A stretch of DNA of 64,000 nt from Lingula anatina (lineage: Eukaryota; Animalia; Brachiopoda). Both the position numbers and the translations under genes were made by a program. Of the stretch, positions 24,901-34,356 are shown one piece after another (the stretch's first letter is position 1; each line of letters opens with the position of its first letter). The notes under the pieces are model-generated. The model was not told the origin of the DNA. It made no database searches and saw only the letters and a program-made list of their open reading frames with translations. The stretch is from contig CM120646.1 in assembly GCA_051362555.1 (NCBI GenBank), forward strand, positions 7,502,001-7,566,000, read 5' to 3'.

Positions 24901-27900
24901 TATCGCCAAGGAAAATATATTGGATGGGATTAATGGCAATATTATGTGTTATATTCTTAATTCTATTAATTCATTGTAAGATTCATGCATATCTTATATG
25001 TAACATCTGAGCGCATCATATCTAACCCTTTATTTTCATTTCAAGATATCTCCTTAATGAATAAAGCCTCTGTATATTAAATAAAAATGCTTCTATGTGG
25101 GGGTTACAATATCATGCCATATTTATTTTCATCTCTCTCTCTTTGCAACTGTTTGAGTTGCTGTGTTTTTTTGTTATATTCTCCAGTTCACCTCGCTACG
25201 TTGTTACAAAGCCTCAATATCCCTGCCTCTGGCAGGCTGCACAGTAAGCCATTTTTACAATGCATCATGGGCACATGGTCAGCTCGCCTGGGGCTGTGTG
25301 GCATCTACTGATCACTTCTCATATCATAATCAACTGCTTGACATAACAATCACTGTATTTTATTACTGTTATTATATTAAAGATGGGGACTTAAAAATGC
25401 ATGCATGTCAAGAATTTTTTTTTTTTTTTTTTTTTATATATATATCTTTCTGGACTCTAAACAAAATGTTACTTTGTGTGTGGCTACACTTTATGCATAT
25501 AAACTTACATGTCTTCTGTATTCTTTTACAATATGTTGAATTCGGAACTGTATTTCTGTGGAGAGAACATTGGTTTCACTTGTTTTATCGTGCCGATTTT
25601 GGTTATTTGGGAGCGTCAACTTGGAAGTCTATTATTTGCAGCTATGGAAATGCTTTCAGTGTTATGCTTTATTTTAAGTTGGTTGCAAGTTACAAGTTTG
25701 GGTGGGGTGCACATTTTCAAGTCCCCGTTTAATGTATTAACAGCAAGAAAAAGAACATTTTTTTTTTCTTTCACAGCTGGAGCAAAATACATACGTCCCC
25801 AAAATATATTATATATCAGCAGTTACTAACAAAATCATTATTCATATACAATTGTCCATTTTTAGTGAATGAAATATTCCTGTATGGCATGATCTTCAGC
25901 AGCATATGATAACACTGTAATATAGGGTTGATGAAATATAAAAACAAAGATGTAAAAAATTCATTAAAAAAGAAAAACACCTGACGTAATACTAACAATT
26001 GTGTGATAAATGTAGAAAACTGCATGATTTTAATCCAAAAGGAAAATATTCAAACCAGATTTGTTTGCTTTATATAGTTCTTTATTATTTTTTATTTATA
26101 GATTGTTTTAATTAGATTGCCCAAATAAAAACAATTTTTTATCAACATATTTTTGGGGTGCCTTTTTGAAAGGTTCCTGCTATGTAGAACTTCCCATTTG
26201 TATATCTCCCCCTGCACTCGATACTGCTTCTCATATGCAGCACTATTTGACCTAAATTTAGACGTAGTGTGTAGGAAATGCACATTAGATCCGAGCAGAA
26301 ATATGAAATCAGCAATGAATATTTATTCAAGTAATTCCAACCTTAAATAGCATGATGATTTTTTTCCCTGACTACAACCAGCATGATTGTGACTTGAACA
26401 GTATGACATGCTCTCTGACCAAATGTACGTGTCAGTAGTAAGGGTGTGGTTTAAATCCATGTTTTACTCTGTAACCAATTTTAAAGTTTATATTTTAAAT
26501 TATAGTTAAATTTCATCTGCAAAGGAAATTTGTAGTATTCATTTTGTGGATAGTGCTCATGTACAACAACGAACTTACTGTGTATTCATAATTCCCTGTT
26601 GCTTGAATTAAATTGTTTCATTTGTGTCAGTTTTCTTTGCATATGCTTACTAAGATCATATCTAGCTTTTGGTATGTTATTTCTCTTTTATCTGCCTGGA
26701 ACCACTTATGCTACCTTGTATTGTGTCTATCAAAAAATTAATTCAACAGTCTGAAGTTTTTCATGCGGATTTGGTAATGTCTTTTATTATAAACAAAAAT
26801 GGTATAATTTGTCCAGTAATCAGATGTTGTTCTTTTCAGAATTGCCTACTGAACAGAACGATGCCATTACAGAGATATTAACAGAATTATCCAACCACAA
26901 TAAGAGGTATGTCTGCCATGTTTATGAAGAAAGTTGTTTAAGATTTTTGTGCAAATTTGTGTAAATGTTTTTCTTTTTCCCCATAAATGTGACAGTTCCT
27001 GTGATTATACCACAAAGATGATTTTTCATGACTTTCTAAACTTATCTTTTGATTACTATGAATTTTTTTTAAAATGGTGAAAATAATTTTAGGGATTGCA
27101 ATTTTTTAACTAATCATTTCTGTTCTTATGTATATTTTGATGAAGTATTACATAAAAAAGTGAAAAATGCCAGTCTCAGTATTGAAGTGTCACATCTTAC
27201 CACTGTAATCAGGTCATGTTCTATTGTATTTTATTCAGACAAGAAGAAAGGAAAAGTGCCATGTGGAACCTCCTGAAGATGACCAGGGAAGGAACTGTCG
27301 GGATTTGGGAGGAACATTTTAAGACCATTCTTCTTCTTTTACTAGAGACACTGGGAGATTCTGATGTAAGAAGATATGATGAATAGATACATGGATTGGA
27401 AATGAATGAAAGTTTTTGTATTTTTTAATTTATTTCTGTTTTATTTTATTTTGTTATATATTGCATCATGTTAATGGTTACTCAAAGAACATTTGAATGG
27501 GAGCCAATTGCAATCGATGTGTGGTTTTTCTTTTCAGTTTCACATCAGAGCAATGGCAGTGCGGGTACTGAGAGAGATCGTACGGAACCAGCCACACAGA
27601 TTCAAGGAGTATACTGAACTCACCATTCTGAAGATATTAGATGCTCACAAAGACCCAGAACGTGAGGTGAGTCACCGTACATGCCCTAGTAGGCACTTTT
27701 AACTTTTATAAAATGTCAGCAGACATTTCTGTGCCTTAAAGATGCATACTTAATCAATTTTTGGTCACAGAAACCAACCAAATGCCAGCATGAAGTTTCA
27801 AATAGTATAACTAAGAGAATTACCAAAAGGCATTATTTAATTTTACCCGAAAATGATGTTTGAACGGATTTTCCTGCTGGTATTCTAAGCTTTATGTCAA

Positions 27901-29060
27901 TGGGGCAGGAAAGTAGGTCGCGAAAGTAGGTTAAATTTACAACCAAAAATTTAAAGAAAGGAGCAGTCTAAAGGTCTTTTATGGCTGATCGAGTGATCTA
28001 TTCAGTTTATCCCTTGGCATGTCGAATTTATTTGAGTCATATAAGAATCTAGTAGAAGTGGTTTACATGTGTTACTGGGAATCCACGCTCCACTGATGCT
28101 CGGTTCGTATGTACCTTTAAAATAACAGCTGGTTGTTATGGTGAATTTGCTGGCAGCCAAATGCAACTGAAAATTGGACCGATTGACCACACTTTATTCA
28201 ACCTTTTTACCCAAAAATTAATGAATTAGTAAAAAAAAAAAAGGGAAAGATAAACATACTTGCCATTACTTTTAAAATTGAATGGTGACAATTAGTTTTC
28301 ATTCATTCTATCATGTATCCGCAGGTTGTGAGGGCAGCTGAGGAATGTGCAATGACGTTAGCCAAATCCATACCTACAGAGCAGAGCTTGCGGGTCCTGA
28401 TGCCCATAGTACAGACCTCAGAGTACCCTGTCAACTTAGCTGCCATTAAAATGGAAACAAAGGTGTGTATGTGATTTTTTAACCTGACTAATATGTGAAC
28501 TTCAGGTTTTTTGCTGGTTTGAAATTACACATCTATTTTGTTCCTCATTTATGGTAAGGAAATATTACTTTTTATTTTTAAATGAAGCAGAGGTATTTTT
28601 ATTTTGCCTTCAATTACGAGAATCCCTCTTCTGGGCATCAATTCACCTGAAACCATCCACATCTGCCAGCCATATTTTGTACATCTTGTCCATGTAGAGA
28701 GAATTGTTTCTGTACATTCAGGTAATAGAACAACTGAGCAAGGCGGAGATGATGCCTCTGGTGGCAGATGTGGCGACAGGTCTACTGAAGGGTTACGACA
28801 ACGTGGAGAGTAGTGTGCGTAAAGCTAGCGTTTTCTGTCTTGTGGCTGTCTACATGAGCATAGGAGAAGAACTGAGGCCTTACCTCACCGAGTTAAATGG
28901 TAGCAAGGTGGGTAGTGAACAGGATTTTTTATTATATATATATATATATATATATATTAATATATTTTAATATTTTGTTAATTTTTAATTTTGTATTAAA
29001 TACTTTTTAGAATTTATTTTTTCATAAATTTGAAATGAGAGAATGTGGAATATAAGTTTG

Positions 29061-29109
<49 letters not shown>

Positions 29110-29265
29110 AACACCTTTGAGTAACATTTTTTCTTACTCTTGGCATTGTTTTTTCAGATGAAGCTGCTTAACCTCTACATAAAACGAGCTCAATCACAGA
29201 AAGAAAATGGAGGCTCACCGTTGAAAGTTGCATCTCCTAGTTCTGCAGAAGCTGCGTCTGACTGA
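4613..29265 (+). CDS. CLASP: CLASP / CLIP-associating protein (Orbit/MAST), 3' portion, multi-exon; 5' exons lie upstream of the window
   Basis: GT-AG exons joining in frame: 4613-4708, 6304-6468, 6911-7146, 17702-17805, 18075-18138, 18668-18831, 19113-19191, 22144-22287, 22773-22859, 23187-23311, 23567-23822, 24159-24237/24249, 26840-26906, 27239-27365, 27538-27666, 28325-28462, 28722-28907, 29158-29265(TGA). CLASP hallmarks: VSQSQPSSRSGSP, RRSGIPRSQGASREASP (SxIP), SDDAGSETSSVCSERSY, the TOG3 segment FSRMFHDPHGKVFSLFLE...QTQTPNLKVK, and the C-terminal CLIP-interacting domain ESSVRKASVFCLV...LNGSKMKLLNLYIKRAQ. Confidence 0.95.
6304..6468 (+). CDS. CLASP: CLASP exon with SxIP EB-binding motif
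   Basis: ttaacag|...TATG|gtaggt; SSRSGSP...RRSGIPRSQGASREASPSR. Confidence 0.92.
6911..7146 (+). CDS. CLASP: CLASP exon
   Basis: ttttcag|...GAG|gtagga; DIEQALEEALL...SDDAGSETSSVCSERSYGS. Confidence 0.92.
7976..8052. repeat. Imperfect (CT)n microsatellite
   Basis: Direct observation; similar tracts at 29062-29105 and (GA)n at 59078-59122. Confidence 0.9.
8783..8850. repeat. Poly-C plus (AC)n microsatellite
   Basis: Direct observation; lies just upstream of the HINE 5' end. Confidence 0.95.
9012..9630 (+). repeat. Internal tandem array, ~161-bp monomer x about 4
   Basis: ACCGATAACAC unit starts at 9012, 9173, 9334 and 9494; the fourth copy is more diverged. Confidence 0.92.
10429..11364 (+). 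CDS. LINE ORF1p (basic N-terminus, coiled coil, RRM/CTD-like nucleic-acid chaperone), 311 aa
   Basis: First ATG at 10429; coiled coil followed by QYSQKNNIKF, IHRIPG..RPVIAKF and SAWYFNGRIF, all typical of L1/Tx1-type ORF1. Confidence 0.88.
   Translation: MASNNPSENEQSGQRTSDKVPKKMLQLQINSTPAYTRHSNASGKRPQKKKRTRSNSMDLTENITVDELRSIQATLAEIKSEMIRKSDVKEIIAQMKHEIKQEVKEDIKQEMQQYLTDRLSLLSEKIDALYLENESLREKLSKQISDTRKSLDNLKETSHLAKTAVRMANHNQQYSQKNNIKFLNWPEKPKEDLRRDLCRILKEKVNVDISPASILGIHRIPGNSGGARPVIAKFVNTEEKTKVIKHRQALKGNFIMFDHITQKNAELIKILKGKEAVHSAWYFNGRIFAIRNDGRRYTFDIFDDIDTKLKQ
11803..15660 (+). CDS. LINE ORF2p: APE endonuclease, reverse transcriptase and CCHC zinc knuckle, 1285 aa
   Basis: SVNCRGL, CLQDTH, GDFN, SDH (EN); KSPGTDG, RPISLLN, DFAKAFD, GCRQGDPISPYLF, QYADD (RT); CSFC..ETLQHLFIEC. 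Confidence 0.97.
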   Translation: MRQKPGRYTQIKSNIKICSVNCRGLGDRNKRLDVFNFLRKKSFSIYCLQDTHSTLSMEKYIAAEWGLKCFFSHGTSNSRGVAILVNNNFEYKIKEVQKDTNGNFIALSMIVDEKDISLINLYGPNNDSPEFFLKIHETIMNFGNQDHIICGDFNLVLNQEKDTYNYKHKNNPKASNQLYTLMELHNWHDIWREMHEDVRQYTWRQPTPFKQARLDYFIVSTTITNYIEDSRIIPGYKSDHSIITLDLQLKRKIKHGKGFWKFNNSHLYESEYADMVKQIINETILEYAAAPYNRDNILNIDRHSLQLTISDGLFLETLLMKIRGKTIAFGARIKKKRESEEKQVENTINDLENDLKNEAELDKKEEILEMINKEKMKLENIRKIKVKGIMIRSKERWIEYGEKPSKYFLALENRNFTNKSITKLVTDNGNILTEQNEILKETARFYENLFKKQNHKSVDIKTRLENIETPKLTEAEASSLEGKINYAELYTVLRQTKNEKSPGTDGFTYEFFKFFWKELNSFLIRCINEAYEKDKLPITLTRGIIVLLPKHNKPTNSLKNLRPISLLNVVYKLASACITNRIKKVLPILINEDQNGFMAGRYIGENTRTIFDLIEYCDTHEIPGLLMQIDFAKAFDSIDWGFIEKTFEFFGFGESIIKWIKLFLKDSSSCVLVNGFASSFFNLSRGCRQGDPISPYLFILCAEILSIMLKNEIDIKGITIHNQTFLIFQYADDTTIVLDGTEKSLRNTLKVLNEFSQFSGLQMNNQKTKLNWFGSKKDSQESMCKELDLDWNERFFRILRIDFSVNLHEMIEKNYREKLEDMERTMKKWTHRSLTVLGRNVIFKSLILPKMTHLFSTLPIPNKYVDKIQKMCFNFIWNGNIERVKRNIMTQSYSNGGIKVPDIRNYIDSLKISWLRRIMHKNSKWSFFFLSLIPESKGVHWSEMGISEMQKIKNGSKNAFWNQVIDAWCRLLKNKKIDTKEHFLKECLWLNDKIRIKNNPILIRTCNKIGIRNINDLIDTEGNYLTYQQFKERHGNIINYVTFTSILCAVKKFQKQMNIDNLHEKIELPIISTQLKWLLKFTKGGKPFYNILNSNEMKKTNAMSKWELLSKEPLTAEEWKILNNIPFQCTLDTKLRWFQFRVSKRILATNNFLRKIGIKDTETCSFCNEHPETLQHLFIECKVIAPLWAKIQDWIHLKTGLVLQLTASDIILGIPNLKCNALNSLLIITKFIIYKFKMKNITPNIENIKIEWRQAYIAERNISLRNMTIDKFNEKWKKLQPLFLD
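17211..17378. mobile_element. hAT-like MITE (CAGGGGCGGAT family) with 6-bp TSD, nested in the HINE
   Basis: Ends CAGGGGTGGAT.../...CTGGATCTGCTCCTG; TTATTG duplicated at 17205-17210 and 17379-17384. Confidence 0.7.
17702..19191 (+). CDS. CLASP: CLASP exons 17702-17805, 18075-18138, 18668-18831, 19113-19191 (TOG3 HEAT repeats)
   Basis: Canonical splice sites, phases 0/2/0/2/0. SGSWAERKEALL, RVELKKMTDIFSRMFHDPHGK, VFSLFLEVL..DWLFVLITRLLQKLGAD, DQTQTPNLK. Confidence 0.93.
22144..24249 (+). CDS. CLASP: CLASP exons 22144-22287, 22773-22859, 23187-23311, 23567-23822, 24159-24237/24249
   Basis: RLAVSRIITWTTEPKSAEVRK, LFSLNTPEFSSMLSVLPKTFQ, DGATKILHNHL, ETENMNPEDIYNSIRKT; splice phases are consistent. 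Confidence 0.92.
25187..25243 (+). CDS. CLASP: Candidate 57-nt symmetric CLASP cassette exon
   Basis: Long pyrimidine tract then ctccag|...CACA|gtaagc. Phase 1-1 and open in the CLASP frame (VHLATLLQSLNIPASGRLH). Confidence 0.45.
26840..29265 (+). CDS. CLASP: CLASP terminal exons 26840-26906, 27239-27365, 27538-27666, 28325-28462, 28722-28907, 29158-29265 (CLIP-ID domain)
   Basis: ELSNHN, WEEHFKTILLLLLETLGD, FKEYTELTILKILDAHKD, VVRAAEECA, YPVNLAAIKM, SSVRKASVFCLV, MKLLNLYIKRAQ; TGA at 29263-29265. Confidence 0.94.
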
Positions 29266-31159
29266 CCATCGCCATGTCTGATGTAAGGAAGTTCAGCAAG
29301 GGGCTTGCATGACCATTTTAAGTTCAGATAATCCTGAAGAGCATATTCTGAAGAAAAGAGGTCTCTGCTGCCATATCCTCAAAATATATCTGTATTGTGG
29401 AAAGCTGTGTATAATAAGTTAGCTGTTTGATACAGCTGTGTGGATTTTATATCCCTTACATATCTGATTACAACAAAGGTTCTGGGGGAAAAATTCATAC
29501 TATTGGTTTTCACAATACTATTTGAATATTATATTAACGTGGGTAATGAACATTGAAAGAGAGCACCAGAAATTTGCAAGACCCACAAGTTGAAAATTTA
29601 TACTTTAATTGATTAAATGAAAGATACTTAAGTTGCTTCTGAAATGAAAGTTACATAGCAACTACATTAGAGTGAAACTGTGTAAAGCGCCTTTTTACTG
29701 TACAAGTCTTTTAACATAACAGTAATTTGGGTGTCAGGTTTATCAAACTATTTGACGCACTGAGTCAATTACGTTCAGTGATGTGACCGTTTTAAGTTAA
29801 ATGACATTGTGACTTAAAATTGCATTTTTCTTAGAAGGAAATACAGGTTTGATGAAGTTACTGGAAGTGCATGCGCATGTCTTACACTATTTACAGTAAT
29901 TACATTAATATTGTCACTAAATGTACGTGTTATTACAAATGTAGTCGTAATAACAAAATGGTTAAATATGTTAACTGTTGTATTACTGGGTACTAACCAG
30001 TCATATTTTAAAACCTGACAATTAAATGACATGATAACTATTGTAATTCAGTGTAACTAATATATAATGCCTGCTAATATAGTGTATCCGTTATGTAAAA
30101 GGGATAAATGAAGATAAGTTTTTTTACATGTCGAAACATCATTATTTTGCAGGTAACTCTGGTTTTATTTGAAGGATATTTTGTTTAAAAAACAAGATAT
30201 ACGTATGAGAAACTTGCCTGTGAACTCTTAGTTGGAGAATAAGTTATGTATTTTATATTATTTGATGCACAGGTCGTAATTCTGTTTAACTAGTCAACGT
30301 CAGTGGCTTCCGTCACACCTCACGTCACGTGTTGGTCACGTGCACCCCAGGGAGCTCGGTGTCGCCACTGTCGCAATATAAATCGTGAACTGGTTGCTCA
30401 TGCTTTGAGAACTAGGAATTCGAATGTTTATTTATATTGTATATATATTTGTGCATAACAATTTGTCAAAATGTATTATAATGTAGTGTTCTCAGTGAAT
30501 CTTTAGACTGAAGGAGAGACGGAATTATTGTCCTCTGCACGTTTAGTTTAAGTCGATCGCGGTCAGATACCCATACAGGAGTGGCAAGAAGTGTATGATG
30601 TTAGGTGTGATTATAATTTACATCGATGTTTATTTAACGCTCAGCTGTCATTTGTTGTTGACCAAGACTAAATATTGAGAGATAAATGAAAGAAAAAAAA
30701 AAGAAATGCCATATTTGGAAAAACAAGGTTGCATTTATCTACCAGGACTTATTTTACCAATTGTTCTTTGAATGTGGTTTTTAAAGTGATTCTGAAAAGA
30801 CTTGGTTTCAGAAATTGTACAGATTAGGAATTACCGCGTTTTCAAAATGATACGGAAGTTGTGCCTTTTAAAAGTCAAACAAAAAGCCTGTTACGTGGGC
30901 ATCTTGCTTACTACTAAAGTGGAAGGTATGAGCCCCTGATAATATCACGAACAATGCAAGTGTGAGTATGGCGTTTGTATGATAATTTTAGAATGTTAAC
31001 GAATAAGAAGCGTCGCCAAAACTTGACTTTCACAAAGATCGGTAGTGTTTTTTATGGTCGTTGCTCCAGTGTAAGTGTTTTATCCATTATTGGCCACGCC
31101 CTGTACTCGGTATAGTATAAGGCATATGTGGACGTGTATGTGCAGAATATACCTTGAGA

Positions 31160-31165
31160 AATAAA
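31160..31165 (+). terminator. Probable CLASP polyadenylation signal (about 1.9-kb 3' UTR)
   Basis: AATAAA followed by T/GT-rich sequence downstream of the CLASP stop. Confidence 0.45.
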
Positions 31166-32875
31166 TGCTTCTTTATGTATGAGCTTTCTTAATTGTTACA
31201 TCTTGAATCCGGCATTGAAGAAATTGTGACGTGCATATGTGAATGTTCACATTTTAGAAAAACGACGACTTTCACAAGTTTCTCGTTTTCGAGAGGCTAC
31301 TCGTAGACTGGTAAACGAATTTATACATTAAAATGTTTTATGGAGTTCTGGAAACGATGTACCTTGGAAAATCAGTGAAACTTAGAAATTCAATATTTCT
31401 TGTGTAGCGCATTCCATTTTCTAATATGTCAATGCACTTTACAATACCGTTATAAAAATTTTAAGATTTACAGCACTGAAGTAGAAACTTGTTTGAAAAG
31501 TTCAAAAATTTTAGTCATTAAACTTTACAAAAAGATTATTTTTAAGAGACTTGTCATAATTACTATAAGATCTTATATATTAAGGCAGTTCGTTCCACAA
31601 GTTTGGGGTATGAACAGTAAAAGCCCTTACTCCATAAAATATGTAACAGTGCCATGTAAAGGTCCAACGTGTATTGTGACTTTGAGGACAAGCGAGTGAA
31701 AAACATTGGACATTATAGTGATGGAAGTCGAGAGCGACGAGAAAAAAATGCCATGTTATGCTTAACTAAACTGGTCGGAAGGATTGGATGTGAGAGAGGC
31801 GACTTGGTTCTTTATTAAGATGGTGTAAGCGATCTTATGACACCCGTCAAATCAACAGGTGACGCAGGAATTAAATTACGAGACACATACCGAATAGTAT
31901 TCATTATGCCAAGCAGTTATCCATTCAGATAGTTAACTGTGTACATTTCCTATGCGTCATGGAGAATGTATGTACACACCTCGGATCAAACCAGCAGTAC
32001 AGTTTAGTTGAGTTTTGCAATAAAGGACAGCTTCACCCTTTTGTCATGGTGATATGCACATTTTCCCTTGCCGTTTTCTTTCTTTCTTTCTTTCCTGACG
32101 GCCAGGAACCCGAGGGGAAGGTTTCGTACACTTAATATGACTTGCCAGACAGTATGGCTGTCACATACCAATTGGAGATAATGTTTTCGAGTCCCTATAT
32201 TACGATGCATACCCAAGTCCATAACCAAAAACATTTCACTGTTGTATACCTGCAAAACTGGGTTTTTTAACAATGCCCTGGTCACAAATGGGATATATTT
32301 CAAATAATGTACTTTGACATTGCCTGATTATTCGACATTCATGATAAAACAAAACAGGCCTGGCCTAATTCTTTTCCGCACATGAATATTTGAGATTCCA
32401 TGCGTTGCTGTGGTAGCTCCTGATCACAAATAAACACGCTCTGTAGGGTCGTTTAAGTATATTAAGCCATTTCGGGCACGGAAATTCTTTGGGCTCTTTT
32501 AGGGGGTATTTCTGAAAGATATCATTTTCGCGCCTAGTCTAATTTTCCACAGTTTCGTCTACTCTCAAATCAATGCTAAATCCGCCCGTGCGATGTTTTA
32601 TACAATTTCTTGATATATATAAACGAATCATCATTCATTTAAAACCGCCATAGTCATCATGTTATTTCAGAAGTTCTTTGAAGGAGGTAATTTTAAGATT
32701 AAAAACCTACATTAAAATAAGGTCTAAATTGAAAGGCAGCTTTGCCGAGTATTTAGTCATAAAAATTACTGTGTAACATTTTCAGAAGCCTTATGTATGT
32801 ACACCTTTAGGAACTGAAGCGAAAAGACTACAAATACCCCATCCTCAAAGTTTCAAAAATTCTGCAGAGCAAATG

Positions 32876-33192
32876 CAGGCCTACCCAACTACCAGACTCG
32901 GCACCGAATGATCCTGAATTCACCGGTAGATCAGACCACACTACCCGTTTTCAAGGTGTGTGTCAGATCGCATTACACAGTATCAGACGCGACACCGCTC
33001 TTGCCTAGTACGCGATGTGATAGTGACGATTCTCAGGGGGGTTGAAAAGCATTGCATCACTACTCAAAATTTGTTCAGGGTATGATACTGTGTAATGCGA
33101 TCTGATACACACCTTGAAAACGGGTAGTGTGGTCTGATCTACCGGTGAATTCAGGATCATTCGGTGCCAAGTCTGGTAGTAGGGTAGGCCTG
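32876..33192. mobile_element. Young MITE with 110-bp TIRs and 5-bp TSD
   Basis: Arms 32876-32985 and 33083-33192 are reverse complements with 3 mismatches counted by eye; AAATG at 32871-32875 and 33193-33197. Confidence 0.9.
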
Positions 33193-34356
33193 AAATGCAA
33201 AGGTCTTTGTCCGATGGTACCATTAATTTTCCCCTACTCTTGCTCTCACGCGAACCTTTACGCCGTGCAAACAATTTGGAACTGCATGTTAGATAATAAA
33301 AATGAATAATAATAAAATAAAAGAATGAAAAAAGTTTCGATTCAGGGTAAGTATACGAGAGAAGAATAAAACAACTTCAACATGAATTATTATATCATAA
33401 ATGTTATGATGCACCTTTAGAAAACAACAGAAAATGAAAATTGAGTGCAAAAAATCTTGATAGAGACAGACAGGCAAACATGGATCGAAACCTACTGTAC
33501 TTTCATCGAGTATGCTCAGTCACATTTTTCACCAAAAAGTATCAGATCAGCTCTCTGTCATATTATATGATTTAAACATCCAAAACATATCCTTACTAGA
33601 TGTGATTTTGCATAAAGTTGGCAAAGGGAACGCAGTGATATGAAAGACACTGTTACTCGCATTTGATAGTTTATTGATCAAATGATTATTAACGTAGATC
33701 TCTAAAATATTTCACAATTTTCCGCCAATGTTACGAATGAAAACCAGTTTGTAATTTAAATGTTATGGTTCACATTCAACGCACCTAGACAACGCTAACT
33801 GACAGTATTGCACTTTGTGCATTCAATTGTAACAAATATACAAGAAAGAATGGCATATAGCTTACTGGGGGAATTCCATGTCTGGTAGGCCATATGTATT
33901 TAAATGGTAATGGAATTTATACAAGTGCGTGCAGATTGCAGTTAAATAATAGCTTATTAGTTGTAACAAGCTTTACATTCAGGCATTTAGGTGGGACGCT
34001 TAAATCGCCTGAGCTGTTACAAGACCTAACAATCAGATATGACTGAAATATGTTCCAGTTAAAATCGTCATAGTAATGACTCTCTAGTTAACTTAGTGAG
34101 CCGGTTCCTGTCTACAAAGGACACAAATCTGCTTAATACAAAGGAAGCATTGATATGAACTTGCTTTGTAATTTGATTAGAAACACAAAAGACAATACAT
34201 TTTATAATTTGTCTTTCTTTATAATTTCTAAGTTGATGGGCGACGGAGTTTAATCACAGGTTCCAGTGTACCTAATGGAAGCATTTGCGAGCAAAGCAAA
34301 GGTATAGCTAACTACACTGTTTTTCAAACTAAAAGTAACTAAAGTAAAAAAAACAA

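Noticed and set aside
26350-26420. Intronic ATGATGA...CTGA resembling a C/D snoRNA
   Set aside because: No terminal stem and no recognisable rRNA/snRNA guide.
1-29265. U4atac snRNA, which lies in an early intron of vertebrate CLASP1
   Set aside because: The early introns are outside this window and no snRNA-like sequence was recognised.
29263-29286. CLASP TGA-C stop context suggesting readthrough
   Set aside because: Not the strong TGA-CTA context, and the extension would be only about 7 residues.
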